DNA of 64,000 nucleotides from Christensenellales bacterium (GTDB lineage: Bacteria; Bacillota; Clostridia; Christensenellales; JBMNTQ01). Position 1 is the first letter of the stretch. Every line of letters starts with the position of its first letter. The stretch lies in assembly GCA_050945835.1 (NCBI GenBank), contig JBMNTR010000001.1:84090-148089 (forward strand). The letters run 5' to 3'. This document shows positions 46,076 through 56,116 of this stretch, piece after piece. Made by a program: the position numbers and the translations under genes. The notes beneath the pieces were generated by a model. The model ran no database searches, was not told where the DNA came from, and worked only from the letters and a program-made list of their open reading frames with translations.

Positions 46076-46516
46076 ATGCAGACCATAATGAAAAAAATGA
46101 TGCTCATCAACGGACCAAATCTCAACAGGCTGGGCGTGCGGGAACCGGGGGTTTACGGCAGCCGTACGCTTGCGCAAATCGAGGATGCGTTGAAACAAAA
46201 AGCAAAAGAACTCGGTGTATCGCTGGAAACAAGGCAATACAACGCGGAAGGAGGCATCATCGACGCACTGCACAGTGCGGATGAGTATGACGGTGTCCTG
46301 CTCAATGCCGGCGCGTATACCCATTACAGCTACGCCATACGCGACGCCATCGCATCCATCAAGGCGCCGGTGATTGAAGTCCATCTCTCCAACATCTATG
46401 CAAGGGAACCCTTCAGGCACACATCCGTGATCGCGCCTGTGTGCAGGGGTCAGATTACCGGACTGGGCGAGACGGGGTATCTGCTTGCGTTACATGCCCT
46501 GTTAAAGTGCATATAA
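46076..46516 (+). CDS. aroQ: type II 3-dehydroquinate dehydratase
   Basis: MLINGPNLNRLGVREPGVYG, NAGAYTHYSYAIRDA and EVHLSNI. The start is ATG 46076 or 46088. Confidence 0.9.
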   Translation: MQTIMKKMMLINGPNLNRLGVREPGVYGSRTLAQIEDALKQKAKELGVSLETRQYNAEGGIIDALHSADEYDGVLLNAGAYTHYSYAIRDAIASIKAPVIEVHLSNIYAREPFRHTSVIAPVCRGQITGLGETGYLLALHALLKCI

Positions 46517-46690
46517 GGGCGCAAACCGGCTATTTATACAGCATAATACAACTTATAGCGAAAAGCAATATAATATGCATGCGGATTACCCCTTTATGCC
46601 TTTTTGGCGGCTGTGCGTGCGTTTGTTTCATTTGAAAGCCGATGGCCGCAGTGTACGCACAAAATGAACCGGGTTTTAGCAGATGTTTCA

Positions 46691-46719
46691 TTGACGCACA
46701 GCTTCGCTGACAGTATAAT
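46691..46719 (+). promoter_or_regulatory. near-consensus sigma-A promoter
   Basis: TTGACG, 17 nt spacer, TATAAT. It leaves a leader of about 160 nt before the ATG at 46888. Confidence 0.6.
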
Positions 46720-46887
46720 TGAATGAGGTATGTGTTTGGATTGGATAAGTTCAACATGAAAAAAGCATTCAGTTCAATATTTTGGGGAACGCTATTTTTA
46801 GAAAATATCAAGCATTATAAAATACGCTGATTCAATTTGTGATTCCTTTATTACATGGATGAGGAATGTAGCGGGTGAGGTATAGAT

Positions 46888-47262
46888 ATGAAAGACAAAA
46901 GGGTGATGGTCTGCGTTACCAAGCAACGAAATTGTGAGCGCTTGATCCATATGGGCCGTATGCTGGCACAACAGGAGCAACATAAACTCTCCGTGGTCAA
47001 TGTCGAGCTTCCCGGGGCTAATTTTTTGGGCAGCGACGACGAAGGAGAGGCTTTGGAGTATCTTTTTCAGGTATCCTCCGCCTATCAGGCGGATATGACG
47101 GTACTCAAGGATGATGACGTAGTGGAAACGCTGATCCGTTATGCAAAGGAAAACGGTGTGCGTAAGATTGTGATTGGCCGGGCGCTGGGGCCTGAATCGG
47201 AGTATTCCATCGTGAACCGTTTAAAAAAAGAGCTGCGGAATGTGGAGGTTTATGTGAGCTGA
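46888..47262 (+). CDS. universal stress protein (USP)-fold protein
   Basis: 124 aa. RVMVCVTKQRNCERLI...IRYAKENGVRKIVIGRA resembles the USP/KdpD-Usp fold. Confidence 0.65.
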   Translation: MKDKRVMVCVTKQRNCERLIHMGRMLAQQEQHKLSVVNVELPGANFLGSDDEGEALEYLFQVSSAYQADMTVLKDDDVVETLIRYAKENGVRKIVIGRALGPESEYSIVNRLKKELRNVEVYVS

Positions 47263-47336
47263 TGCCGGCGCAGACTATGAGGGTGCACCCCTCCTTATGA
47301 GGGATGGATGATGAAACTAAAGGAGAAACAGAACAG

Positions 47337-49127
47337 ATGGCACAGGAAATAAAAAAACGCGCCGATCAGCCGGTGGAGACGACCTGGAAGCTGGAGGATA
47401 TATACGAAAACCATGACCAATGGGAAGCGGATTTTCAAAAGCTTAAGGATATGATCCCGGAGCTTGCACGCTATGACGGCAAGATCACCTCCGTGGATAT
47501 GTTTTTGGAATATATGGAAAAAAACCTGCAGGCGCATCACTTATGCGAATATCTTTTTGTCTACTCGCGCATGCGCAAGGATGAGGACAACGCAAACGGC
47601 ACATACCAGGCTATGAACGACCGTGCGCGGGGCATCATGGTGGAGCTTTCCGCCGCGACCTCCTTCTTCCTGCCGCAGCTGGCGCGTATAAGCGATGCGA
47701 CCTTGCGCGCCTGGGCGGACGTGCCGGGCCTGGAGGATTACAGGCACTATATCGGCCAGGTGATCCGGGAGAAGGCGCATGTGCTCAGCGAAGCGGAGGA
47801 AAAGCTTTTGGCCATGGCGCAGGAGGCGCTGCATGCGCCCTCCAGCGCGTTTTCCATGCTGAACGATGCGGACATGCGTTTCCCCGCCGTGGAGCTGGAG
47901 GGCGAACAAATAGAGATCACCCATGCCAACTACGGGCTGCTCATGGAAAACGCAAACAGAGCGCTGCGCGAGGATACATACGGCAAGCTGTACGATACAT
48001 ACCGCGGGTTTGCCAATACGCTCAGTGCGCTCTATTCCTCCAATGTGAAGACGGGCGTGTTCAAAGCCAAGGCACGCGGGTTTGCTTCGGCGAGGGAAGC
48101 GGCTTTGTTTGGCAAGAATATCCCTGTGCATGTGTACGACACACTGATCCATACGGTTCACGAAAGCCTGCCTGTGATGGGCGAATACCTGTCGCTTAAA
48201 AAGCAGCTGCTCGGGGTGGAAGAGATGCATATGTATGACGTATACGCGCATCTGATCACCGATGCAGACACCCGCATGGACATCCCGCAAGCGCGCGAGC
48301 TGATACTCGAAGCGCTCGCACCATTGGGCGGAGATTACCGAAAGCTCTTAGAGCGTGCGTTTGATGAGCGCTGGATGGATTATTACGAAAACAGGGGCAA
48401 GACCAGCGGCGCGTACAGCTGGGGCGTGTATGGCGTGCATCCGTATGTGCTGCTCAACTATCAGGGCACACTGGATCATGTGTTCACCATCGCGCACGAA
48501 TTGGGGCATGCGCTGCATTCCTATTATTCCGACCAGCACAACAGCTATCTCAACGCGGGCTATGAGATCTTTGTGGCGGAGGTCGCGTCTACTGTCAATG
48601 AAGTGCTGCTCACGAAGTATATACTGAACACTACGCAGGATGAAAGATTGAAAAAATTCCTGCTCAACAAGCATTTAGAGCAGTTCAGGACGACGGTGTT
48701 CAGGCAGACGATGTTTGCCGAATTCGAGATGCTCGCGCACGATATGGCGCAAAACGGCGAACCGCTGACGGTGGATGTGCTCTGCTCGGTGTATGCCAAG
48801 CTCAACGCACAGTATTACCCGGGCGTGGTGCAGGATGAGCACATCTCGTTTGAATGGGCGCGCATACCGCATTTCTACAGGGCGTTCTATGTCTATCAAT
48901 ATGCGACCGGCTTCTCGGCCGCTGTTGCCATCGCACAGAGCATATTGGAAGCGAAGGACGAACAGCCGTTAAACGATTATCTTGCGTTCTTGAAGAGCGG
49001 AGGCAGGGATTACCCCATCGAGCTTCTGAAGATCGCGGGTGTGGATATGACCACGCCTGCGCCCGTGCAGGACAGCATGAAGGCGTTTGAGGGGGCTTTG
49101 CAGGAATTCAGGACGCTGATGTTGTAA
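47337..49127 (+). CDS. pepF: oligoendopeptidase F (peptidase M3B)
   Basis: HELGHALHSYYS zinc motif. Length and N-terminus (W.LEDIY) are typical of PepF. ATG at 47337 after AAGGAG. Confidence 0.9.
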   Translation: MAQEIKKRADQPVETTWKLEDIYENHDQWEADFQKLKDMIPELARYDGKITSVDMFLEYMEKNLQAHHLCEYLFVYSRMRKDEDNANGTYQAMNDRARGIMVELSAATSFFLPQLARISDATLRAWADVPGLEDYRHYIGQVIREKAHVLSEAEEKLLAMAQEALHAPSSAFSMLNDADMRFPAVELEGEQIEITHANYGLLMENANRALREDTYGKLYDTYRGFANTLSALYSSNVKTGVFKAKARGFASAREAALFGKNIPVHVYDTLIHTVHESLPVMGEYLSLKKQLLGVEEMHMYDVYAHLITDADTRMDIPQARELILEALAPLGGDYRKLLERAFDERWMDYYENRGKTSGAYSWGVYGVHPYVLLNYQGTLDHVFTIAHELGHALHSYYSDQHNSYLNAGYEIFVAEVASTVNEVLLTKYILNTTQDERLKKFLLNKHLEQFRTTVFRQTMFAEFEMLAHDMAQNGEPLTVDVLCSVYAKLNAQYYPGVVQDEHISFEWARIPHFYRAFYVYQYATGFSAAVAIAQSILEAKDEQPLNDYLAFLKSGGRDYPIELLKIAGVDMTTPAPVQDSMKAFEGALQEFRTLML

Positions 49128-49162
49128 TAGATTGAAATTGAAACGGAATATGAACAGGGGGT

Positions 49163-49963
49163 ATGATGATGAAACTGAGTTTTTCGACTTTGGGTTGTCC
49201 GGATTGGAAATGGGGCGACATACTCGCCGCGGCCAAGGATCTGGAATATGACGGCATCGAGGTGCGCGGCGTAAACGATCAATTGTATGTGCCTCGTATT
49301 TTCGCCGGCCGTGAAGAGACGGTGAAGGAGGAATTGACGCGGCTAAACCTTGAAATGCCTTGCATCACCTCCGCGATCGACCTGCATAACCTGAACAATC
49401 GCGCAAACAATCTCAAGGCAGGCCAGGAATATGTGGATTGCGCCCTCAGCGTGGGTACGAAATATATCCGTGTGCTGGGGGATTATCATCCGGAGCCCAG
49501 ACAGGATGTCGATGCCGGGCTGGTGAAGGAGGTCGCGGCTCAAATCGGCGCATATGCGCGTGAGAAGGGTGTCGTGATATTGATCGAGACCAACGGCTAT
49601 TTTGCAAACACCGAGCGGTTGGCTAGGCTGCTTGAGGAAATCGGCAACCCGGCTGTGGCCGCTTTGTGGGATATGCACCATCCGTATCGGTTTATGGGCG
49701 AGCCGCCGCAGGCGACGGTGGAAAATTTGAAGGGCTATATCAAACATGTCCACCTGAAGGATTCCGTGATGGAGGGTGATCAGGTGCGCTACCGTATGAT
49801 GGGTGCCGGGGATATGCCCATAGAGGCCTGCGTGACAGCGCTCACAGATACGGGCTACGACGGCTACTATTCGCTGGAATGGACAAAACGCTGGAATCTG
49901 GCGCTGGAAGAGCCGGGGATTGCTTTTGCAAACTTCGTGTCCTATATGTCGGATTACAGATAA
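49163..49963 (+). CDS. sugar phosphate isomerase/epimerase (xylose isomerase-like TIM barrel)
   Basis: KLSFSTLGCPDW...GIEVRG...ILIETNG...HLKD is the family pattern. Confidence 0.85.
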   Translation: MMMKLSFSTLGCPDWKWGDILAAAKDLEYDGIEVRGVNDQLYVPRIFAGREETVKEELTRLNLEMPCITSAIDLHNLNNRANNLKAGQEYVDCALSVGTKYIRVLGDYHPEPRQDVDAGLVKEVAAQIGAYAREKGVVILIETNGYFANTERLARLLEEIGNPAVAALWDMHHPYRFMGEPPQATVENLKGYIKHVHLKDSVMEGDQVRYRMMGAGDMPIEACVTALTDTGYDGYYSLEWTKRWNLALEEPGIAFANFVSYMSDYR

Positions 49964-50144
49964 CCAAAGCAGTACAGACGGCGCGCTTTTAGGCGCAAGG
50001 ATAGCCGCGGTACTCGTAAAAGTTCCGTGCTGTCCGCGCTGGACGAAGCGCGCGCTTTCTTATCAGAAAAGAATATAAAACGACAGGTGATGCGGGATGT
50101 ATCACGCCTAAAGGCGCATCAGCGCCAGGCAGGAGGTGTTTTTT

Positions 50145-52751
50145 ATGGTTGAGAAGTTTGAAGTAACCGGCATGACGTGCTCCGCTTGTTCGGCGCATGT
50201 GGAGCGCGCGGTGGGCAAGCTTGCGGGCGTTTCCACCGTTTCCGTCAATCTGCTGCTCAACAGCATGACGGTGGATTACGATGAAACACTGCTGCAGGCA
50301 AGCGATGTCATCGCTGCTGTGGAGCGCGCGGGCTACGGCGCGGCGGCAGAAAAATTAGAGCAAGTACAAAACCACCGCGCACGTGATGGGGCAGCACCCG
50401 CCGCGGCCGAGCGGAGCGCTATGAAAAAACGGCTCGTGTGGTCTGTTGTGCTGCTCATACCCTTGATGTATATCGCGATGTACCACATGCTTTATGATTG
50501 GTTTTCTTTGCCCATACCCGCCTTTATGACGGCGGCGTTCCACGGGGAGCATAAGGCGGTTCCCTATGCTTTTACACAGCTTTTGTTCACGCTGCCCATA
50601 CTGTATTTAAACAGGAGCTATTACCAGCGCGGCTTTAAAGCGCTGATCAGGCGTGTGCCCAACATGGATTCGCTGATCGCGGTGGGCTCGTCGGCGGCGC
50701 TGCTGTATGGTATTTTTGCCATCTACCGCATGGCTTACGCCACAGCCGCGGGCGACTGGGCGACGGTGGGTGACTATTCCATGAACCTCTACTTCGAATC
50801 CGCGGCCATGATCGTGACGCTGATCACGGTGGGCAAATACTTAGAGACCCGCTCGAAGGACAGAACCTCCGACGCGATCACCAAGCTGATGGATCTTTCC
50901 CCCAAGACGGCGGCCGTCAAGAGAGACGGCGTGGAGCTGGAGATACCGGTGGAGCAGATCGTGGTGGACGACATCATCGTGATGCGCCCCGGGCAAAGCG
51001 TGCCGGTGGACGGCGTGATCGTATCCGGGCGTTCGTCTTTGGATTTGTCCGCCTTAACGGGGGAGAGCATGCCGCAGGATAAAACCGAGGGCGATACGGT
51101 GCCTGCTGCTGCCATCAACCAGACGGGCTATTTCGAAATGCGCGCGCAGAAGGTGGGCGACGACACCACGCTCGCGCAGATGATCCGGCTGGTGGAGGAA
51201 GCGGCGTCCTCCAAGGCGCCGATCGCTGCGCTGGCGGATCAGATCAGCCGGGTGTTCGTACCCATCGTGATCGCGGTGGCCATACTCACCATCGCGGTGT
51301 GGCTGATGGCGGGGCAGACATTTGAGTTCGCGCTGTCTACGGGCATCGCGGTGCTGGTGATCTCCTGCCCTTGCGCGCTGGGGCTGGCCACGCCGGTCGC
51401 CATCATGGTGGGCACGGGCAAGGGCGCGCAGCTGGGCATACTCATCCGTTCGGCGGAGTCGCTGCAAACGGCATACGCCATAGACACCGTGGTGCTGGAC
51501 AAGACAGGCACCATCACGGAAGGCAAGCCGCAGGTGACGGATATCATCACAGCGCCCTCTATAGACGCGCAGGAGCTGCTGCGCTTGGCTGCGTCTTTAG
51601 AGCAGCCTTCTGAGCACCCGCTCTCCCATGCGATCGTAACAGCCGCACAGGAAAAGGGGCTGAGCCTTTCTGAAGCCGTGGATTTCGAGGCCACGCCGGG
51701 CCGCGGCATCAAAGCGCGTATAGAGGATCGCGTGATCAGTGCGGGCAACATCGCCTATATGGAAGAACTAGGCGTAGAGCCGGGCGCTTTGAGCAGCCAG
51801 GCACAGACACTTTCTGAGGACGGAAAAACGCCGTTGTACTTTGCACAAGACGGCGCGTTGATCGGGTTGATCGCTGTGGCGGACGTGGTTAAACCCACCA
51901 GCAAACAGGCCATTAAGCAGTTGAAGCGCATGGGGCTGAAAGTGATCATGCTCACCGGCGACAACGCGCGCACGGCGGAGGCCATACGCAAAAAGCTTGA
52001 TATCGACGAGGTGCTGGCCGAGGTGCTGCCGCAGGACAAGGAGCAGAAGATCAAATCCCTGCAGGAGCAGAATCAAAAGATCGCCATGGTGGGCGACGGC
52101 ATCAACGATGCGCCCGCCCTCACGCGGGCGGACATAGGCATTGCCATAGGCGCCGGCACGGACATCGCCATCGAATCGGCGGATATCGTGCTGATGAAGA
52201 GCGATCTGAGCGATGTTGCGTCGGCGATCCGGCTGAGCAGGGCCACCTTGCGCAACATCAAGCAGAACCTGTTCTGGGCTTTTTGCTATAATGTCATAGG
52301 CATTCCCATTGCTGCGGGCGTATTCTATCCCTTGTGGGGATGGACGCTCAGCCCCATGTTCGCCGCTGCCGCCATGAGCTTAAGCTCTGTGTTTGTGGTG
52401 GGCAACGCGCTGCGCCTGCGGTTTTTCAAGCCGGGCGTGCAACATCATGCGGACATGATTGAGCCAAAAGCAGACCAGCATCCGCCCGCACTGCAAACGG
52501 GCGGGGCATCTGAGACGAACACGGAAGAAAGTGAGACGAACACCATGCAGAGAACCATTCGAATACAGGATATGACTTGCGCGCATTGCCAGGGTGTGAT
52601 CGAAAAGGCGCTGAAAGGCATCGGCGGCGTGACGGATGTGCATACGGACTTAGCCGGTAAAAAGGTGACGGCGGACACAGACGGCAGCGTGTCCGACGAG
52701 CAGCTGCTGGCTGCGATCCGGCAGGCGGGCTATACGCCGGAGCTCGATTGA
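50145..52751 (+). CDS. copA: copper-translocating P1B-type ATPase with N-terminal and C-terminal HMA domains
   Basis: GMTCSACSAHV (N-terminal HMA), CPCALGLATP, DKTGTITEG, GDGINDAP, and a second HMA domain MTCAHCQGVIEKAL at the extreme C-terminus. Confidence 0.95.
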   Translation: MVEKFEVTGMTCSACSAHVERAVGKLAGVSTVSVNLLLNSMTVDYDETLLQASDVIAAVERAGYGAAAEKLEQVQNHRARDGAAPAAAERSAMKKRLVWSVVLLIPLMYIAMYHMLYDWFSLPIPAFMTAAFHGEHKAVPYAFTQLLFTLPILYLNRSYYQRGFKALIRRVPNMDSLIAVGSSAALLYGIFAIYRMAYATAAGDWATVGDYSMNLYFESAAMIVTLITVGKYLETRSKDRTSDAITKLMDLSPKTAAVKRDGVELEIPVEQIVVDDIIVMRPGQSVPVDGVIVSGRSSLDLSALTGESMPQDKTEGDTVPAAAINQTGYFEMRAQKVGDDTTLAQMIRLVEEAASSKAPIAALADQISRVFVPIVIAVAILTIAVWLMAGQTFEFALSTGIAVLVISCPCALGLATPVAIMVGTGKGAQLGILIRSAESLQTAYAIDTVVLDKTGTITEGKPQVTDIITAPSIDAQELLRLAASLEQPSEHPLSHAIVTAAQEKGLSLSEAVDFEATPGRGIKARIEDRVISAGNIAYMEELGVEPGALSSQAQTLSEDGKTPLYFAQDGALIGLIAVADVVKPTSKQAIKQLKRMGLKVIMLTGDNARTAEAIRKKLDIDEVLAEVLPQDKEQKIKSLQEQNQKIAMVGDGINDAPALTRADIGIAIGAGTDIAIESADIVLMKSDLSDVASAIRLSRATLRNIKQNLFWAFCYNVIGIPIAAGVFYPLWGWTLSPMFAAAAMSLSSVFVVGNALRLRFFKPGVQHHADMIEPKADQHPPALQTGGASETNTEESETNTMQRTIRIQDMTCAHCQGVIEKALKGIGGVTDVHTDLAGKKVTADTDGSVSDEQLLAAIRQAGYTPELD

Positions 52752-52856
52752 CGCAAACTGAAGCCCGCACCGCCCGGGCGGCGCTGTGTATGTGCGCAAA
52801 AAAGGAGTAAAAGCTGTGTGAATATGCGTTTGTGATCGAAAAGGGGGAACGATGTG

Positions 52857-53720
52857 ATGAAACGGATTGGATTTATCGGCCTGGGTATCATGGGGTTGCC
52901 TATGGCACGGCATTTGATGGAGAAAGGGTATGCGCTCTATGTGTATACCCGCACGCGCAGCAAGGCGCAGCCGTTGCTGGATGAGGGTGCTATCTGGTGC
53001 GACGGGCCGGGCACGGTCACCTTTTTGTCCGACGCTGTGATCACCATGGTGGGGTTTGTGCAGGATGTGGAGGATGTATATTTCAAAAAGGACGGCATCA
53101 TTGCAAACGCCAAGCCCCGCAGCTATCTGATCGACATGACCACCACATCGCCCACGCTGTCCGCGCGCATTTATGACGCGGCGAAGGAGAAGGGCGCGCA
53201 CGCGCTGGACGCACCGGTATCCGGCGGGGAAACAGGCGCGCAAAACGCTGCGCTGTCCATCATGGCGGGGGGCGATCGTGAAGCATATGAAGCCTGTCTG
53301 CCGCTGTTTGAATGCATGGGCGCGCAGATCACATACACAGGAGCGGCAGGCAGCGGACAGCACACCAAGATGGCCAACCAAATCGCCATCAGCGGCGCGC
53401 TGGCGGGCGTGTGCGAAGCGATCGCATACGGCAGGCAAAACGGACTCAACCTCGATACCATGCTCAAGAGCATCTCGAAGGGTGCTGCGGGCAGTTGGCA
53501 GATGGAAAATCTGGGCCCGCGCATACTGCAGGGCGATCTTGCGCCGGGGTTCTTCATGAAGCATTTTATAAAGGATATGGGCATCGCGCTGAGTGAGGAA
53601 CAAGATTTATCCTTACAGGTTTTAAAGACGGTGTATGACGCTTGCAGGGAGCTGCAGGCACAAGGGCTGGGCGATTGCGGTACACAGGCGCTGATCAGGC
53701 ACTATTGCGATGTTGATTGA
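52857..53720 (+). CDS. NAD(P)-dependent 3-hydroxyisobutyrate / 2-hydroxy-3-oxopropionate reductase family oxidoreductase
   Basis: IGFIGLGIMGLPMARHL, DAPVSGG and KMANQI motifs. Confidence 0.9.
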   Translation: MKRIGFIGLGIMGLPMARHLMEKGYALYVYTRTRSKAQPLLDEGAIWCDGPGTVTFLSDAVITMVGFVQDVEDVYFKKDGIIANAKPRSYLIDMTTTSPTLSARIYDAAKEKGAHALDAPVSGGETGAQNAALSIMAGGDREAYEACLPLFECMGAQITYTGAAGSGQHTKMANQIAISGALAGVCEAIAYGRQNGLNLDTMLKSISKGAAGSWQMENLGPRILQGDLAPGFFMKHFIKDMGIALSEEQDLSLQVLKTVYDACRELQAQGLGDCGTQALIRHYCDVD

Positions 53721-53877
53721 GTGTCGTCAAGCTTTCACGGCTATATGAGCGCAGGGCCGCTTTCAGGCAGGGCTTATGGATATGCCATGACATGAGGCTC
53801 GTTTTGCAGCAGATCAACCGTTATCCTGTGCGCCATATAGCGCTGCGAACGGATTAAAATATGGGCCAAAAACGATC

Positions 53878-53911
53878 TCCCCTTTGGATATTCCCTTCAA
53901 AGGGGATTTTT
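53878..53911 (+). terminator. rho-independent terminator
   Basis: TCCCCTTTG, 11 nt loop, CAAAGGGGA, followed by TTTTT. Confidence 0.75.
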
Positions 53912-53934
53912 ATTGAAATCATTGGTTATTTTAA

Positions 53935-53963
53935 TTGTGTATTGAGGGCCGCATTGATATAAT
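53935..53963 (+). promoter_or_regulatory. sigma-A-type promoter (extended -10) for the NifU-like/GGGtGRT operon
   Basis: TTGTGT, 17 nt spacer, TATAAT, with TG one base upstream of the -10 element. Confidence 0.6.
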
Positions 53964-54028
53964 GAATGGAAAGCCTTCCTTCGTAGGACAGGCTGACTGT
54001 AAACAACAGATGAAGGAGGAAAGGATAT

Positions 54029-54721
54029 ATGCAATATTCCAGCGAAGTGGAAAGAATGTCATGTGTTGCCAAGGGGCCAAAGCACGGCCCCGCGCCGATT
54101 CCCGAGGAAGGAAAATGGGTGCAGGCGAAGGAAATAAAGGATATAAGCGGCTTCACGCATGGTGTGGGCTGGTGTGCTCCGCAGCAGGGTGCCTGCAAGC
54201 TGACCCTGAACATCAAGGATGGTATCATAGAGGAGGCGCTCATCGAAACGCTGGGCTGCTCCGGCATGACGCATTCCGCGGCCATGGCTTCGGAGATTTT
54301 GCCGGGCAAGACGATTCTTGAAGCGCTGAATACGGATCTTGTTTGCGACGCGATCAACACCGCCATGCGCGAGCTGTTCCTCCAGATCGTTTATGGGCGT
54401 TCGCAATCGGCTTTCTCCGAAGGCGGCCTAGTCATCGGCGCCGGGCTGGAGGATCTGGGCAAGGGCTTGCGCAGCCAGGTGGGCACCATGTTCTCCACCA
54501 AGGCGAAAGGCCCCAGATACTTAGAGCTTGCCGAAGGCTATGTGTTGGAGATGGCACTCGACAAGGACAGACAGACCATCGGCTATAAGTTTGTTCATGT
54601 GGGTAAAATGCTCGAAGCGATCAAAAAGGGTGTCGATCCTAAGGAAGCCTATGAAAAGAACATCGGTACTTATGGCCGTTACGCGGACGCGGATTCCTAT
54701 ATCGATCCGCGTCATGAGTAA
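54029..54721 (+). CDS. NifU/IscU-like Fe-S scaffold-domain protein with a ~100-aa C-terminal extension
   Basis: GVGWCAPQQGACKLTLNIKDGIIEEALIETLGCSGMTHSAAMASEILPGKTILEAL parallels the IscU pattern NP.CGD..L...V..G.I.DA.F...GC...IASSS...E...GKT..EA. A third Cys lies in DLVCDAI. Confidence 0.7.
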   Translation: MQYSSEVERMSCVAKGPKHGPAPIPEEGKWVQAKEIKDISGFTHGVGWCAPQQGACKLTLNIKDGIIEEALIETLGCSGMTHSAAMASEILPGKTILEALNTDLVCDAINTAMRELFLQIVYGRSQSAFSEGGLVIGAGLEDLGKGLRSQVGTMFSTKAKGPRYLELAEGYVLEMALDKDRQTIGYKFVHVGKMLEAIKKGVDPKEAYEKNIGTYGRYADADSYIDPRHE

Positions 54722-54730
54722 GGAGGATGG

Positions 54731-55732
54731 ATGATGATTACATTTGAAGGTTATGAAAGAAGAATCGAAGGCATTGAAAAATGCATGGAGGAATACGGCA
54801 TTCAGGGGCTTGAGGATGCGCGTGATATCTGCAAAGACAAAGGGATCGATGTAGAAGAAATCGTGCACAGCATACAGCCTATCGCATTTGAAAACGCTGT
54901 GTGGGCCTATACGCTGGGCGCTGCGATCGCCATCAAAAAAGGCTGCACGAGTGCAGCACCTGCCGCGGAAGCCCTAGGCATCGGCTTGCAGGCGTTTTGT
55001 ATCCCCGGCTCGGTGGCGGATCAGCGCAAGGTGGGGCTGGGTCATGGGAATTTAGCGGCTATGCTGCTGCGTGAAGAGACGAACTGCTTCTGTTTCCTGG
55101 CGGGGCATGAATCCTTCGCTGCGGCGGAAGGGGCCATAGGCATCGCCAGAACGGCGAACAGGGTGCGTAAAAATGAGCTGCGCGTGATGCTGAACGGTCT
55201 TGGAAAAGACGCCGCGCATATCATCAGCCGCATCAATGGGTTTACGCATGTGGAAACCGAATACGATTGCGCGACCGGCGGGCTCAAGGTTCTTTGGGAA
55301 CGCCCGTACAGCGACGGCGAACGCGCAAAGGTGAAATGCTACGGTGCGGACGATGTGAGCGAAGGCGTGGCCATCATGTGCCACGAGGGCGTGGATGTAT
55401 CCATCACTGGCAACTCCACCAACCCGACGCGCTTCCAGCATCCGGTGGCGGGTACGTATAAAAAATGGACTTGCGAGAATGGCATAAAATACTTCTCCGT
55501 AGCCTCCGGCGGAGGCACGGGCCGTACGCTGCACCCCGACAACATGGCGGCGGGCCCGGCTTCCTACGGCTTAACGGACACCATGGGCCGTATGCATGGC
55601 GACGCGCAGTTCGCGGGGTCTTCATCCGTACCGGCGCACGTTGAGATGATGGGACTCATCGGTATGGGCAACAACCCGATGGTGGGCGCTTCGGTGGCTG
55701 TTGCTGTTGCCATCGAGCAATCAAACGCCTGA
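54731..55732 (+). CDS. GGGtGRT-motif protein (conserved, uncharacterised family)
   Basis: 333 aa. Contains VASGGGTGRTLHPDNMAAGPASYG. The family name is recalled from NCBI protein family naming. RBS AAGGAGG. Confidence 0.75.
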   Translation: MMITFEGYERRIEGIEKCMEEYGIQGLEDARDICKDKGIDVEEIVHSIQPIAFENAVWAYTLGAAIAIKKGCTSAAPAAEALGIGLQAFCIPGSVADQRKVGLGHGNLAAMLLREETNCFCFLAGHESFAAAEGAIGIARTANRVRKNELRVMLNGLGKDAAHIISRINGFTHVETEYDCATGGLKVLWERPYSDGERAKVKCYGADDVSEGVAIMCHEGVDVSITGNSTNPTRFQHPVAGTYKKWTCENGIKYFSVASGGGTGRTLHPDNMAAGPASYGLTDTMGRMHGDAQFAGSSSVPAHVEMMGLIGMGNNPMVGASVAVAVAIEQSNA

Positions 55733-55765
55733 GCATCACAATTTTATTAAAGGAGGAATAAAACC

Positions 55766-56110
55766 ATGCCGTATATCAGAGCAAGAATCGGCACAACCAT
55801 CACAGAAGACCAGAAAACCGCCATCAAAGCGGATCTGGGCAAAAAGATCGAAGCGCTTCCCGGAAAAGCGGAATCGGGCCTGATGGTGGATATTGCGGAC
55901 GGCTGCGATCTCTATTACCAGGGAAACAAAGGCAACTGCGCGTTTGTAGGCGTGTATCTCTATAAATCGTCGCCCAGGGAGACGAAGGCGAAATTCGCTC
56001 AGCTCGCCTGCGAGTGTATCGCGGAGCATACGGGCGTTTGTAAAAACAACGTGTATATAAACTTCTGCGAGCTGCACGACTGGTTTGGCAACGGGCAGTT
56101 TTTGGAGTGA
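55766..56110 (+). CDS. tautomerase/MIF-superfamily-like small protein (Pro1)
   Basis: 114 aa beginning MPYIRARIGTTITEDQKTAIKADLGKKIE. Pro directly after Met and a beta-alpha-beta pattern, as in 4-OT/MIF tautomerases. RBS AAGGAGG. Confidence 0.55.
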   Translation: MPYIRARIGTTITEDQKTAIKADLGKKIEALPGKAESGLMVDIADGCDLYYQGNKGNCAFVGVYLYKSSPRETKAKFAQLACECIAEHTGVCKNNVYINFCELHDWFGNGQFLE

Positions 56111-56116
56111 TCCATC

